64,000 nt of DNA from Azolla caroliniana (GCA_043228905.1 JBHGNT010000015.1:9982001-10046000); one strand, 5' to 3'. Positions 25,406 through 38,966 are shown, numbered from the stretch's first letter. The notes: generated by a model not told the origin, from the sequence alone. Numbers and translations are program-made.

Positions 25406-25596
25406 CACAAAGGAAACGTTATATTCCAATAGCAACTGTTATAGATGACAACCAACCTTCACTTAAGGTTACAAAGTCACTTTATATAGTGACTATCGTA
25501 GGGCAACTACCCTTTATGCTATTTACAGAAATAACCCGAACTTGGACTGTCCAAAGGGATAGTGTGAATACGGCCATTATACACTCGTATTCGACA
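20121..25596 (-). mobile_element. Structurally complete Ty1/copia family A element (5476 bp), coding region decayed
   Basis: LTRs 20121-20421 and 25280-25596. TSD GCTGG/ACTGG (1 mismatch). PBS at 25266-25277. PPT at 20422-20428. Domain order gag-protease-integrase-RT-RNase H. Confidence 0.96.
20622..24602 (-). pseudogene. copia gag-pol polyprotein, disrupted by stops and frameshifts
   Basis: ORF segments 24240-24602, 23922-24215, 23487-23759 (WLLDSGAS), 22493-23587 (LVHSDVCGP integrase), 21835-22110, 20856-21815 (RT, YVAD in place of YVDD) and 20622-20831. Confidence 0.92.
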
Positions 25597-28500
25597 ACTG
25601 GGATCCATCAATGTAACGGTGTATGATGATGAAATGGTTCACATCTGCATTGGTGGTTTAGCGCAAAGGTATAGGCCTATCCGGACGGCGATTAGTACTC
25701 GGGAGAAGCCACCGTCTTTCTTCGACCTACAATCGATGTTGATGGTTGAAGAAAACCACGCAAGTGGGTCGAGGAACACTCAATCGGACAACCGGATATT
25801 GTACACGAAGGCGAATCAGCCCCGTGGGCATGGTGGACGAGGTGGATCCACACGCAATAGTGGTAGCCAACAAGAGCAGAATCAGAGATAGTGCCGACAA
25901 CAGTTTCGTACCCTTCACAAGCAAGGGGGGTCAAGGCGGCGCCGAGAACCGACAATCGAAAACCGAAACAGATTGCTGGTATTGTGGCAAGAAATCCCAT
26001 CGGGAGAGTGAGTGCTAGAAGAAGCGCATCGATTCGAAAAAATCCAGATCCGACAAGGCCGGAAAAGGGAGTCGGCAACGCTCACACTAGACCGAAGGAT
26101 CAAAAGGATCCGGAACCGGAAAGACCGGAAATGGATCGGGCCCAGCCTTTGTGATGAAGCACAAGGCGAACTCGATGAAGAAGACCACCTCCAAGTTGAA
26201 AGAAGTGTGGTATGTTGACTCAAGGGCATCAAACCATATGACAAGCCATGAAGAGTGGTTCTCATATCTGGAGAAATTGGAGCAAACGGGAGTTGTCGAA
26301 ACCAGAGACGACAACCCTCACCCGATCAAACATGTCAGAGAAGTTCCCTTAAGTCATGTGGAACAAAAAGGGAAGCTGATGAACGTATTACATGTTCCGA
26401 CAATTACGAAGAACCTAGTGTTGTTCGGACATATCGTCAACCAGGGAATGCAAGTTCGATTCACGCATCCCGGGTGCTTCATAGAGGAAGTAGACCAGAT
26501 AATAACGCAAGGGTGTCGGGACAGGAGGATCTTTATCCTCGACACCAACGACGTGGGCACCACTCTATTCACCAAAAGGACAAAAAGTTGAGTCGCACAT
26601 TGACTTAGGGCACAAGAGAATAGACCACGTCAACTACTAGAGGTTTCAAGATCTGCAATCGAAACAGGGGGTTGTCGGATTGCCGAAATTTAGTGGCCGA
26701 AAGGCCCAAATTTGTGAAGCCTACCAGCTCGAGAAGCAACACCAGATTTTGTTCCCCACCGGATGAAACAAGAGCCGGAACAAGCTCGACTTAATACATT
26801 CAGAGTTATGGGGACCGGCACAGAACGTTAGTCGTGGCGGGAGTTGATACTTCATCTCCTTCATCGACGACTATAGCCGACACACGTGAATCTATCTCAT
26901 TGAGAAGAAAAGTGAGGTCTTCAATTGTTTCCGGAACCTTCAAAGTCTTGTTGAACAGGAAACGGAGAGGAAGATCAAGTGCTTGCGGTCAGATGGTGGG
27001 AAAGAGTATTCTTCCAGCCAATTCAACAACTATCTGCAATAGAAGGGAATTCAGCGAGAATTAAGTTGCAGATATATGCCGGAACAAAATGGCGTAACTG
27101 AGCAGAAGAATCAATCGGTTGTGGAAGCAGCACGGGCAATGCTAGAGGAGAAGAGCATGCCGAAGTTCTATTGGGCCGAAGCGGTCCAGACAACTGTCTA
27201 CATCCAAAACCGGATCAGGGAGAAGGTGACAGCACACAAGCTGTATTTCGGGCGGAAACCGAACTTAAGACACCTCAGGGTATTCGGTAGAATAGCCAAT
27301 GTGCATGTACCGGATGAGAAGCGGGGGAAGCTGGACCCAAAGTCGGAGAAGTGCATTTTGATTGGCTACTCACACGAACAGAAGGGTTATAAATGTTATA
27401 ACCCCCAAACAAAACAAGTTCGAGTAAGCTGAGATGTCGAGTTCGATGAGTCGGCATCATGGTTCTCCTTACTGACTCCGACTCAAACCCCCGACAATTC
27501 CGACTACCTGATCACCGAAGATGAGTTTATTGAGGCCGAAATGCCTTCGGACGAAGAAGAAATAGGAGCTCTAGAAGAGAATCTGATCTCATTCCGGATA
27601 AGTAGGCCGAATGAGCGACTGAGTCAGATGATGAGTCGGCGAGTAATGGAGACTCGGTCATGTTGTCCGTGCGCAAGGAACCGAGGAGACAGTTCACGCG
27701 CAAAGAGAAGGGGAAGAAGAAGATGTCGGAATACGACACCAGTAGAGACCAGTCAGATCGGAGCGAATCAGACTGAGGAAATAACGAGGATGGACCTTCA
27801 AAGACGAAGTTTGAGTCGGCCAAGAGGGCCCTTAATTCAGCTAATGAGAAGTTACGCCAATTGACTCGCCAAAAGAACCCCATAAAGTATTATGGGTATA
27901 ATGAGTACATGTGCATCACTATGCGTACATGACGAAAGTGGTGGAAGTATGTGATCCGGAGAGCTAAACAGAAGCGAAGAAAGATGTGAACTAGCGTGCC
28001 AAAATAGAGGAAGAAATGCGGGCATTCAATGCCAATGACACATGGGACCTGGTTGACCCTCGACATTGCGAACCGATTGACTGCAAGTGGGTATACAAGG
28101 TGAAGTACAACGCTAACAGTTCGATCAACCGGTACAAGGCCTGGTTAGTGGCCAAAGAATATGTGCATACCCACGGAATCAACTACGACGAGACCTTCGC
28201 CCCGGTAGCGAAGATTACGATGGTTCATGTGGTGCTGATAGTTGTTGCGTCAAGGGGGTGGCATCTTCACCAAATGGACGTGAAGAATGTGTTTCTTTAA
28301 GGTGACCTTGAAGAACAAGTGTACATGATTCAACCCCCCGGTTTTCAGTGGGAGATGAGCAAGTTGGCAGTGTGTTGACTCAAGAAGTCACTCTACGGCT
28401 TGAAGCAAGTCCCCCATGCTTGGAATTCAAAGATAACGCACTGGTTGCGTAAGATGGGGTTTGTGGCATCGAAGTCGGACTCTTCGTTGTTCATCCGAAA

Positions 28501-30078
28501 GAGTTTGAAAGGTTTAGTATGCATTTTGTTGTATGTCGACGACCTGGTCATTACCGAGCTCGACCTCACTGAAATCGGCTGAGTGAAGTCCCAACAGTCA
28601 GACGCATTGGAAATGAAGGACTTGGGGGACCTTCATTACTTCCTTGGGATCGAAGTGATCCATACCTCTGACGACGTATTGCTATCTAGCGACACTATGT
28701 GTTGAATATGCTATACAAGTTCAACATGACCGAATGCCGACTGATCTCGACACCCTTAAAACGGAACCTCAAGCTACATCCTGACTCCAGACCCTCTTGC
28801 AACGAGAAACGGTTCCAACAAATTGTCGGAAGCCTGATATATCTAACAATCACCCGACCTGACATCAGCAATCCGGTCGGAGTGATCAGCCAGTTTATGT
28901 AAACGCCGACCGTCGAGCACCTTCAGTGTGCGCATCGACTATTGAGGTATGTGAGTGGCACTACGGATTGGGGATTGTTGTACTGACACGGTATAACCGA
29001 AAAGCTAGTCAGTTATACGGATGTCGACTGGGCCTGTGATGCGTCAGATCGTTGGTCCACTTCCAGTTTCATGTTTTCTCTCAGGCGCGGCGTTGTTGCG
29101 TGGAGCAGCAAGAAGCAGCCAGTGGCTCCATCGAGCACTGAGGCTGAGTATTGGGGCGCTACCATCGCCACCGATGAAGCCATATGGCTTTGGTGGGTGT
29201 TGCAAGACCTCCGGATCAAAGTACCGACTTCGATCCCAATCTACTACGACAACATGAGTAGCATGCAGCTGGCCAAGAACATTGTGTTCCATGCTTGCAC
29301 AAAGCACATAGAAGTGCATTACCACTTTGTGTGTGGGCGGGTTCTGAACGGTGAAGTCACACTCTGGTATGTTCACACGGAGCGGTAGGTTGCCGACATC
29401 TTCACCAAGCCACTCAGATCAGACAAGTTGCAATATTTTTCGGAGATTCTTGAGCTACAACATCTCAACATGCCGCACATGAGGGGGAGAACCGGAATAG
29501 GTGAAGGCACTAGCGACAAGGAGGAAAAGACCGAAACATGAGGAGACATTAACAAAAAGGGAGCTGAGTCGACTGAAGAATTCGGCACATCCAAGAAAGT
29601 CGGAACAAGTGGCGACGGCGGCAGCGTCAAGAAGGATAGAGCCGATTGGAAGAAGAAGGCCAAGATTCGGACATGGTCTGATGTGGTAAAGGGCCTAAAG
29701 ATTGAAGACGAATTGGAGACAACAAATTCAAACAAGAGCTAGAACGAATCAGAGGCAACCGATTCAGAAGAGGAGTTCGATTCAGATGAGCCAAATCAAC
29801 AGAAGGCCAAACGGACGAGAAGGCAACAGAAGTCGACGTCGATACGGAGGAACAAATGGGTCGAGAAGCGTCGAAGTTACAATAGCGAAGGAGCTGAGAT
29901 GGGCCTTATGAGTAGGCAAGCCAACCAGAAGGGTCGAGGTGCGCGGAACCGGATAGGTCGTGGAAAGTGGGATTAGACGGGTCAAGGAGTGCGAGCAAGG
30001 CGAAACGACGCCAGGAGGAGCCAAAGGGATGGACCAACAGATACTGACACCACGATCCAACCTCAAGTTGAGCTTGAG

Positions 30079-31420
30079 GTCGATCCTAAATTGCTTACTG
30101 AGGCAATTAGTCAAGTCATATGATGTGACAACTGTCTATTCGCGCGATGTTCCAAGAATCAACCTACCTGAAGCTCTCTCATAAGTGATGCTACTCCAAT
30201 GGAGATTGGTATTGCATGTCATCGAGGAGCACGTTATCGGAAACTTAAAGCAAGCATCCATTTGTCCTCAGTCTACCTTAGTTTAAGCTTCACAACCCAG
30301 AGATTGATTGGAGAAAACGAGCGAGCTATCTTAGATTCATTTGTTATATCTCAACAATATCTCTGTAAAGGTTAAACAAAGAAGGGCAAGAGGAAGAAAT
30401 GTTTATATTTGCACAAATACCAACACCAACCCCGAGTCCACAAAAGTCATATATCTTACTTCCAACCTAGTATGATGAATTCCAAGATGACTTTGACAAG
30501 GATAAGGCTACTAGTCTCCTAAAACATTGGACTTAGGATTGTCATATTGATCTTCAACCAACAAAATATTAGTCGTGGAGGCCAATTGATAAATTATTAC
30601 CAGTAGAGCTCAAGGTTCTTCGAGACTATATCGAGACTATAGCAAGTGAATTCATTCGCCATTCCAAATCTCCTACTAGTGCCCTAATGTTTTTTATTAG
30701 GAAGAAAGATGGATCACTTCACTTGGTTGTAGATGACTGAGGTTTAAACAAAATCATAATTTGGAACTAGTACATCTCACCTATAATCTTAGCTCTTTGA
30801 AACACTTTAGTGGAGCCAAATACTTTACAAAAGCTCAACCTTGATGTTCGAGGTTCTTATAATCTAGTTTGGATTCGATATGGTCACATTCAGTAGACCG
30901 GTATGCCTTTTGTGAAAGTTAATGTGCAGAAGCTTAGACAAACCGGCTCAGCCGGATATCAACATAAAACAGAGACAAGTGAAAGTTAATGTGCGGAAGC
31001 TTAGATAAACCAGCTCAGGCCGATAGCAACAAAAAACAGAGACAAGGTTTTAATGGAAGCTTCACGAAACACAGAGAGTATATGTGAGAGCTAGAGAGAG
31101 AGCAACATAAACTCAAATTTCAAAATAATATCACTCTGTACATACAATGTGCTCAGTGAGCACATTTATACAAGTCCTTAAAAGGATTGATCAAAGTACT
31201 GACAAGTACTTCAATGCTCGTACCGAGCAATTGATATTGACTCCCAAAAATATGCTAACGTACTAGGCTAGGATCGTAGGCCTCTACAACCTACTGGTTA
31301 ACACTCAGATCCGGACACGGATCCGGTTCTCCGTTCTAGACACCGATCCGGATCATGTTGAGCTTGCTCGCTCAATACCTTTCGGTCTCATGAATGAGCC
31401 AATGGTTTTCCAAATATGGC
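30079..31420 (+). pseudogene. Degenerate Ty3/Gypsy (chromovirus/Tcn1-like) gag C-half, protease remnant and RT start
   Basis: DPKLLTEAISQVI*CDNCLF; KLHNPEIDW; DCHIDLQP; FIRHSKSPTSALMFFIRKKDGSLHLVVDD*GLNK; MPFGLMNEPMVFQ, split by a solo LTR. Confidence 0.8.
30911..31377 (-). repeat. Solo LTR, copia family B, with 5-bp TSD CCTTT
   Basis: CCTTT at 30906-30910 and 31378-31382. TGTGAAAG...CTCAATA. Homologous to 14071-14534 and 61096-61618. Confidence 0.92.
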
Positions 31421-31598
31421 CTATGCATCTTGCAGAGTTTGCATAAAATAATTCAGTTCATACCAAATTTTCTCCATTTGTTGTCAACACAAATGTCCCT
31501 TCCCTAAACCGGAAGCATAAACCCGTAACCACCCTTTGGTGAAGTGATCCGAAAGGACACCTTGTGTTAGTGGCTAGTCCTGCCCAGGCTTAACACAG

Positions 31599-31760
31599 TG
31601 TTGAGTGAGCAAGCTCAACCGGATCCGGATTGGAGAACCGGATCGGTGTCCAGATGATATTCAGAACTAGGAGCCAGATCGGAGACCCGGATCGGATTGA
31701 AACCGGTGGGCCGTTAGAGGCCTACGGATCCAGCCTAGTATGTAGGCATATTTTTGGGAG
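31599..31760 (+). repeat. Truncated family B LTR (U3 start)
   Basis: TGTTGAGTGAGCAAGCTCAACCGG...CATATTTTTGGGAG is the reverse complement of ~14345-14534. Confidence 0.88.
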
Positions 31761-32348
31761 ACATTGAGAAGTAGGTCTTTCACATCATTATGAAATCCTT
31801 GTCAAAATTGATCCATCAATGCCTCTTCATCAGAGGGGATGTCACGTGCAAGAAGGTGAAATTTGGCTACATAGGCGATCTCCTTGTCATAACCACCAAA
31901 TATTATTGATAGATTTTCTCACACTATCCAATATGTTTGAAACAAATTTGACATTCTTTAATAAACTTATCAAAATGATCTAAAATACGTAATCTTTTCT
32001 CGAATAATGGTGCAAACCAAGCTAATGTTGTATCACTCAATAGAGTCTGAACCAACCCTACTCGTGACGAATTAATTGGATATCAAGTGAGATGTATTTG
32101 TAATACTAGAAGCATCTAGTTTAGAAATCCTTGAAATTGTGGCAGATTATCATCAAACTTTTGTAGGAGACTTAACTTAGGTTCTTTTGGCAAACTTGGT
32201 GCCTCATGTTAGTGAGTTTTCTCAACATTCAATTTTTGTAAATATCCAAAACGCATTTTATCCCTTCCTCCAAGGCCATGAACTTGGTTGCCACGCATTC
32301 TAAATCACTCTAAATGTGAATTTATTCTTGTTCACTTACTTCTGCCAT
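31761..32348 (-). pseudogene. Degenerate Ty3/Gypsy gag N-half
   Basis: Minus strand: KEPKLSLLQKFDDNLPQFQGFLN...YPINSSRVGLVQTLLSDTTLAWFAPLFEKR...FHLLARDIPSDEEALMDQF*QGFHNDVKDLLL, typical of chromovirus-type gag. Confidence 0.8.
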
Positions 32349-34634
32349 GGTTTTGATGAGAAGTTCCTCAAGAAAAAAGGAAGAGTGTATTTTGGTTCAA
32401 ACAATTAGGATTGTGGCCAAGAACAAGATCAAATTGAAGAAAGGAATAAGAAGTAATGACAATAATAACAACGTTTACAAGAATATGTTGAAGACTTGCG
32501 TTGAACCGGAATGGTTCATCAATACTCGAATACATGCTTATATAACATGGTTCGGACATATGCATGCTTGCCATCTCACATAAGTCCGCTATCAAAACCT
32601 AGGGCTCAAACCCGAACATGTGGTGGAAACTACTAGGCTAGAGTACGGTAGGGGAAGAGGGAGGGAATTTTCGGTGGAGTGTTCAAATGTGTAGAGACGG
32701 GAAAGAACCTTACTAGGGGTTGACATGTCGTGCATCCGCTTGAAAGGGAGGAGTGTCTTCGGGAATGTGGATGTATGATTACTATTTCTATCCTGATAGT
32801 TAAAGTTGTACATCTTCGTTGAAGAAGAGGTTATGGGTTCAAATATCCAATCTTCATTTTGAGTTCAGAGTTTTGGTATACGTTCAGAACAAACATCTAA
32901 TGTTATGTGGAGCCATATAAGACTTACATAGATATACTTGAAGCAAGATGGTTGACCAAATTTTCCAAAGTTCTGATACAGAGCTTTACTGCCAAAATTC
33001 TTGAATTGCAAGAAATGAGCCACAATTAGAAAATATTTCAAAGAAGCTTCCTTGATATACACAATTTTGATGATTCTTTGAAAATGACCAAGAAGTAATT
33101 GATGGATTGGGTCGAGGCGTCTGAGAAAGTAATGAGTGTTATAACAACTCTTCAAGAGTTCGAGGACAAGGTAAGTCTAATTATGAGGGCCAAATGTTTT
33201 ATGCAACGTCATTACCACGCCTGAGTGATGATCTTAAAGTTATCTTGAACAATTCTGGTTTGTTCTTATAGTAAGAGCTCAATAATCTGGATGAGGTTTT
33301 ATGGTCGGTGGGGATTATGTCCCCTAACAATGCTATTCAACATATTACATTGTGGATTTCACTTCTCAGACAATATGTTTGGGGCATCTATAATTGCTTT
33401 TGGGGGCCTTGGACAACCACCATAATTGCATATTCCGTACCTCAATCTCACCATCAAATAGTAAGAGAATGAGGACGATTCAATCTCTTAAAATGAATAA
33501 ATGTATACAATTAAACCCTTGCTTCAGCCTTCCACCATTAACATGCCACCGAATTAATTCATGGGTCAGACAAAAGTCACACCATGAAGTTACAACAGCT
33601 ACAACCAATTTGTGATGACATTTCATGATGTGTACACAAGATCAGGCTAATTCACTGAAGGGTCAAATGAGAGTTACGAGAGCTAAACCTTGGATCTGAT
33701 CCCTAAATATTGGGGGCCATGCAAAATTGGGTCTGTGGTACAAGATTCCAGAACAATAGAAATTTGATCAATTGAAGTCAAAGAGTTCACTAGTTTCATG
33801 CTGAGTCAGCCCAAGCTGATTTATTCTAGATCAATATGTCATCTTTAAGGTATTAAACCTTCGCCATTATAATTCAACTACACTTGTTGACGTGATGCAT
33901 TGTCTATGAGTATTCCAATTTCAAAACGCTGAGACAAATAAAACATGGGAACAACCCTAGCCTTCACATTAAACCTAATTTCATTGACAAAATATTCTTA
34001 TAATTCTGTTCAAACAAGAATCGCTGCGAGAGATGAGTATAATTAAAGGCGGAGTCATAAAATAAACCCGGATTAGTCGGAGAGAAACAAATTTTGCATG
34101 TAACGATACCACACACCAGTCTGAACACATTGTTGGTGGAGGACACTTGAATAAATCGAATATTATACTGGAGCACGGAGAATGGTTCAAGACCAGACAC
34201 ATTTCAATCATTCTAAGTCTATTTTAATTTGTTTCGTTAAGTTTACCATCTTCTATCTCCCATGGATGAGCCCAGTCTCAGATGCTCTAATCACACTCTC
34301 CTCAATATTGAGCCGATAGGACGTCTCCCCACTTGCAACCGAAGTATTCCAAATTCCATCTTCTTAATTTCATCCATAATCTGTCTTAAAGCACCCCCGT
34401 TCAGTCCTCTCTTTTCCTGACTTGAGACTAATCAATAACTGTTGTTTACATGTAACAAAAAAGAAAAAACAATACATATGCAAAATAAGACCCCATTCAG
34501 TCATATACAAGAAAAGACGTACCATTCCCTTAAAGAATACATCCAAGCATATTCTGCAATAATATCATCAAAACAATGGAGTCCCATTCCATAAAACAAC
34601 ACATGCAAAAGCATACTCTGTCATTGTATCATTG

Positions 34635-34875
34635 AGTCAGAGCATGACATAGGTATATATATGGATAGATAACATATGCATATCTCCCATGATATTCCTT
34701 TTCTACTTCATCAGGATAGGTGTCGTTCATCATCATGACATTCCTTTTCTAGTTCATCGTTGATTTGAGTCACAGCATGACCAAGACATATATATAGATA
34801 GATAACATATACATACTACCCATGCATGACATTACTTTTCTAATTCATCAGGATAGGCGTCTTCATCATCATTCC
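34635..34875. repeat. Diverged tandem duplication (~132-bp period) downstream of the NET gene
   Basis: GAGTCA(G/C)AGCATGAC...TTCATCAGGATAGG...TTCATCATCAT occurs from ~34635 and ~34767. Confidence 0.75.
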
Positions 34876-35142
34876 GTAACCATGGCAGCGCTGAAAACAA
34901 GTTTATTTGCTTCTTCTACGAAACAACGTTACAAAGACTACATCAGAATTAACTGTACACAACAACAAACACTAATCTCGCTTCCAAAGTCTCAGTCTCT
35001 TACACAAATTTACGAAAACTTGTATTATAATGCACCTATGCCAAGCACAATTCTTGACTGATAAATACATATATATATATATATATGGAAGTAGAAATTT
35101 GGTATGTCAAGAATTGAGCAGAAAGAGCTAGCCAACAAGGTA

Positions 35143-37419
35143 CTAAAGGGCAACTGTGAATGGATGAGATGATACTTTGGAGGTTCCCCATTCACCTGTG
35201 AAAAACTTGCTCCAACTTTCAAATGAAAACAGCATACTGGTCGTAGTCATACCCACTGTGCCATTCGACATATTTACCCGCTTCCTCAATACACCTATCA
35301 CATCTTGCAACTGCTGGTTCCTGGTGTGGAGTATATCAATGGTGAAGCAGAGTTGCCGAATTGCTTCCTTCTTCTCCTCCCCTCGTTCTACGATAGCGAG
35401 CTTTTGCTTCTCGTTCTCCTCCATCATGGAAATGAGCTGGCTCTGCAAATCTTCAATTAACACCGCCACATTTGGCTCTTGCCTCATAGTAGCTGTCACC
35501 ATGCGCTTCTTCTCATCATCACCCCCCCCTAATTTCCAGCCTAGATCTGTTTCCATCATACCTTCTTCACCTGCAGGATGATAGGGATATTTGATCTCTA
35601 CCACAGGGATTTCTTGCACCTCCTCCTTTCCCACAATACTAATACTACTCCCAATGCCTTTTTTCAGATCATTACCTACGTCGGTCTTTTTATGTCTTTG
35701 TCTGCGGTTCTCCTCACTAAGCTGGCCTACTTTGTGCTCAAGGTCAACAACCTCCTTTCTGGAGAATGCATACTCTCCCTCGAGTACTCTTATTCTGTCC
35801 TGTAGGAGAGAGTTGCATTGGAGAGCCTTTTGGTGAGATTCTGCCAGAAACTTGTTCTCCTTCTCTAACCTGTCAATCTCTTGCCGAAGATTCTCTACAA
35901 TCATGGCATCAGCATCGCCTAGAGGGTTTGCGATCGAACGATGATCTGCTTCTGAATCAGAGGAGCACGAAAATCCTTCATCTGAAGACTGGATACAGCT
36001 GATGTTCTCTTTTCCATTGTGATTCAGCTCATACTCACCATTCAAGCCCCCACGTGCTCTGATAATGTGCTTCTCAGGGGGTGAAGAAAGGCCATCATTC
36101 AAGCTACACTTCCTGACAGAGTGCCGGGGAGGAGGCGGGGCCGGGGGTGATCTAGACTGTGCTTCATCGTTCAAGAAGTGCAGAGCTTGGCCCGCCTTGC
36201 GGAGGGGAGAATACGTGTGTCGTTGGCCCGAGGGAGTGGTGGTGCTTCTGGGGGAGTCACAAGAGGACAAGCCATACTGTACCTGAAGAGCCCTCGGGAT
36301 GTTCTGCCGGATCTCTCCCGTCAGGTGGTCATACCGTTCAGCTAGAGATCTGTACGCCCGGTAAAACTCCTCAACCAGACTCACAAGTTCCGGCCTCTTC
36401 TGATAGTACATCTCTGCTCTCTTTGCGAAGGAATCCGCATCCTCCTCTATCAGTTTCAGCATCTCTTTAACTTTCTCATCTAGCTCTAATCAGATGAAAA
36501 CAATAAATGAAGGATCAGTCGATTGAAGATAGCTGTGTATGAATCAAGTCAAGTCTATAGTACCTCTGAGATCAGACTGGAGCCATTTGGAGTGTTTGGG
36601 GCTGTTATGGCTGTCCCACCACCATGAGTGTGAGGGGCTGTGCTCCAGCTTCAACATGGCTGGCTTCTCGGCCTTCTTCAATCCCTCCGACTCCTTGCTG
36701 AAACAGATAAGAAGTTTAAGTTTAAAAAGGCAAACATAGACAAAATCAGAAACAAAACAATTCAATGTATAAAAGGAGGAGGAGGAGGAGGATACAGAGA
36801 AGGAATAGAAACCCTGAAAGAGGTTTTATAGTAGCATAATGCATTCATTCGCACACCATGAGATATCGATGAGTCGCACAAACACAAGGGACATAAATCA
36901 CCCACCCATCTGTAGTTAAAGAGTGAGGAAGTGGATCTCTCTGTCCCTCACTCTCTCTGTGTGTGATACGCATATATATATGTAGATATAGATGGATATA
37001 AATAAAAATAATGGGGTTGAGAGTTAAGGTACAGAAAAAGAATGTGGTTCCAATAGTTTATGATGATAGCCTTCAGGAATAACAGCGATGGCCAATGAGA
37101 GCGACATCATCCATCCATCCATCCATCCATCCATCCATCCATCCATATTTGCAAGACACACACACAAGAAACAGAGAAGTTGCGGAAGGCATTGACAGGA
37201 TTGATAATCAGCAAAGAAACGCCAATATTACATACACACCAAACAAAAGGATAGGATGGGGTGGGGTGGTGGACTAAATTGAACGGAACGAAGGAAACCC
37301 CTCCCCCTCCCCCTTCCTCCGGCCCTGGCCCTGGCCCTCTTTAGCTATTTTAATTTAATGAATTGCTCTGCAGCCAACAATGCTTACAGATTAAGGATGA
37401 AGCTAACGCCAGGTTGCAT
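35143..37419 (-). CDS. NET4: NETWORKED (NET) family actin-binding protein, NAB/KIP1-like domain plus coiled coils and C-terminal IRQ motif; NET4-like
   Basis: Exons 36697-36564 and 36485-35143 (GT-AG, phase 1) encode [57 protein letters not shown]...[13 protein letters not shown]-terminal [11 protein letters not shown]. Start is either ATG 36657 (478 aa) or an in-frame upstream exon 37419-37388 (502 aa, less certain). Subfamily assignment rests on the motif only. Confidence 0.88.
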
Positions 37420-38535
37420 TAAAAGAGCTCTCCCTCCTCTTCTTCGACAGGTGTTTTTCTTTTTCTTTTTTTCGGGGGGGGGGGGGGGGAGCGAAGGGGA
37501 AGGGGAAGGGGAAGGTGCAGAGTGGAGGGAGAAGGAGAAGAAGACGGGGGGGGGGTGTTTGAAAATCCTTCCCTCCTTCTCCTCTCCTCACAAAGATGCT
37601 CCTCTCCTTTGCTGCTTTCTTTGCCTCTCCTCTCCTCTCTCTTCTGTCAGGGGGGGGGAAAGATGATGAGGAGGGAAAGGAAAGGAAAGGTGGATGGAGC
37701 AAGAAAAGCTTAGCCAAGCCAAAGCCAGTCTTCAAATTCCCACTAGAAAGGCAAGGAAAGAGAGAGGGAGGGAAGGACTCTCTCTCTCTCTCTCTCCTGC
37801 CCCTGCCGCTCCAAAATTAACAATTACAAAAAAATAAACCCTTTAATTTTACTGACTTAAACAAATAAATCTCTCTCTCTCTCTCTCTCTTCCACATGGA
37901 TAGATGAATGGATGGATGGATGGATGGAGTGGATTGGATTGGATTGGGATCTGAACGTTACACATACGCAGCCACGTGAAAAATCAAAACTAAACTGAGA
38001 AATTAACATTGAAATCAAAACAAGTAAAAAAAGGAGGAGAAGAAGAGGATCATATGAGCAATATAAATCATCTCATTCATTCGTAATCAGACTCAATCAT
38101 CACCATAAGCCACATATGTAAAATACTTCTTTTTTTATGTAAGCTTAAAAAGACGATGTTCTCCTATGCATGTACATATTTTATTCACATACACATACAC
38201 ATACACATACGCAAAAGTAGAGGGAGACACTCGTGTGTGTGAGTGGGTCCCACGGCTTGAATTTCCAAAAAAGAAACGATCAGCATAAAAAAAGAAAGGA
38301 AGAAGAAGAATAGCATTTGCATTTCCGAGTGAAGAAGAAGGTTGTTTGTTGTTGATAGTTTAATTCTTAATGTCTGTTTCCAACTTCCCCCATCTTTTTA
38401 ACTTTTCTTGCACAAGTTCGTTCGTAATAGCAGCAGCAACAGTCGTCGTCTTCGTAGTATATACATACATACATAACTTAACTTACTCTTTGTTTTTTAT
38501 TTATATGTGTGTATGTATATGTACTATGCAGATAT

Positions 38536-38571
<36 letters not shown>

Positions 38572-38910
38572 TGTTTATTTGTGGTGATTGAGAGAGCTTT
38601 TCCATTGCCGACCACAGACATTCTCTATTTTCTATATTAACTGCTGACGATTTTGGTTGCTTCCTTCCTGTTTTTGGTTTTTTTTTTTTAAGGCAAGGCA
38701 AGTAAATGCAGCAGAAAGCAAGACTTTCTTTTGTGATTTTCCATTGCGATTGCATATGTATGTATTGTGCATGCTTACTGGATTTCCTGTTTTCTTTTTC
38801 TTCTTTTACCATTACTACTACTCTCAATCATAAACAACGTCAAATACGGATCTTACAGAGCATACATATCTATGTGGAATATGAATGAACGACTTGTTAG
38901 CTTCACCACT

Positions 38911-38966
<56 letters not shown>

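Larger units (their letters stand above)
19631..30078 (+). mobile_element. Ty1/copia family B internal region lacking both LTRs, interrupted by a family A element (20121-25596)
   Basis: gag 19724-20120 resumes at 25602 (EIYDML-GSINV). Protease 26151, integrase ~26600-27430, RT ~28016-28900, RNase H ~29000-29490. Many stops. Ends at CCTCAAGTTGAGCTTGAG just before the expected PPT. Confidence 0.9.

Noticed and set aside
32560-34450. Short ORFs between the Gypsy relic and the NET gene
   Set aside because: No recognisable motifs, splice structure or repeats; left unannotated.
35177-36470. Plus-strand ORFs overlapping the NET gene
   Set aside because: Antisense shadows of a real coding exon, with no independent motifs.
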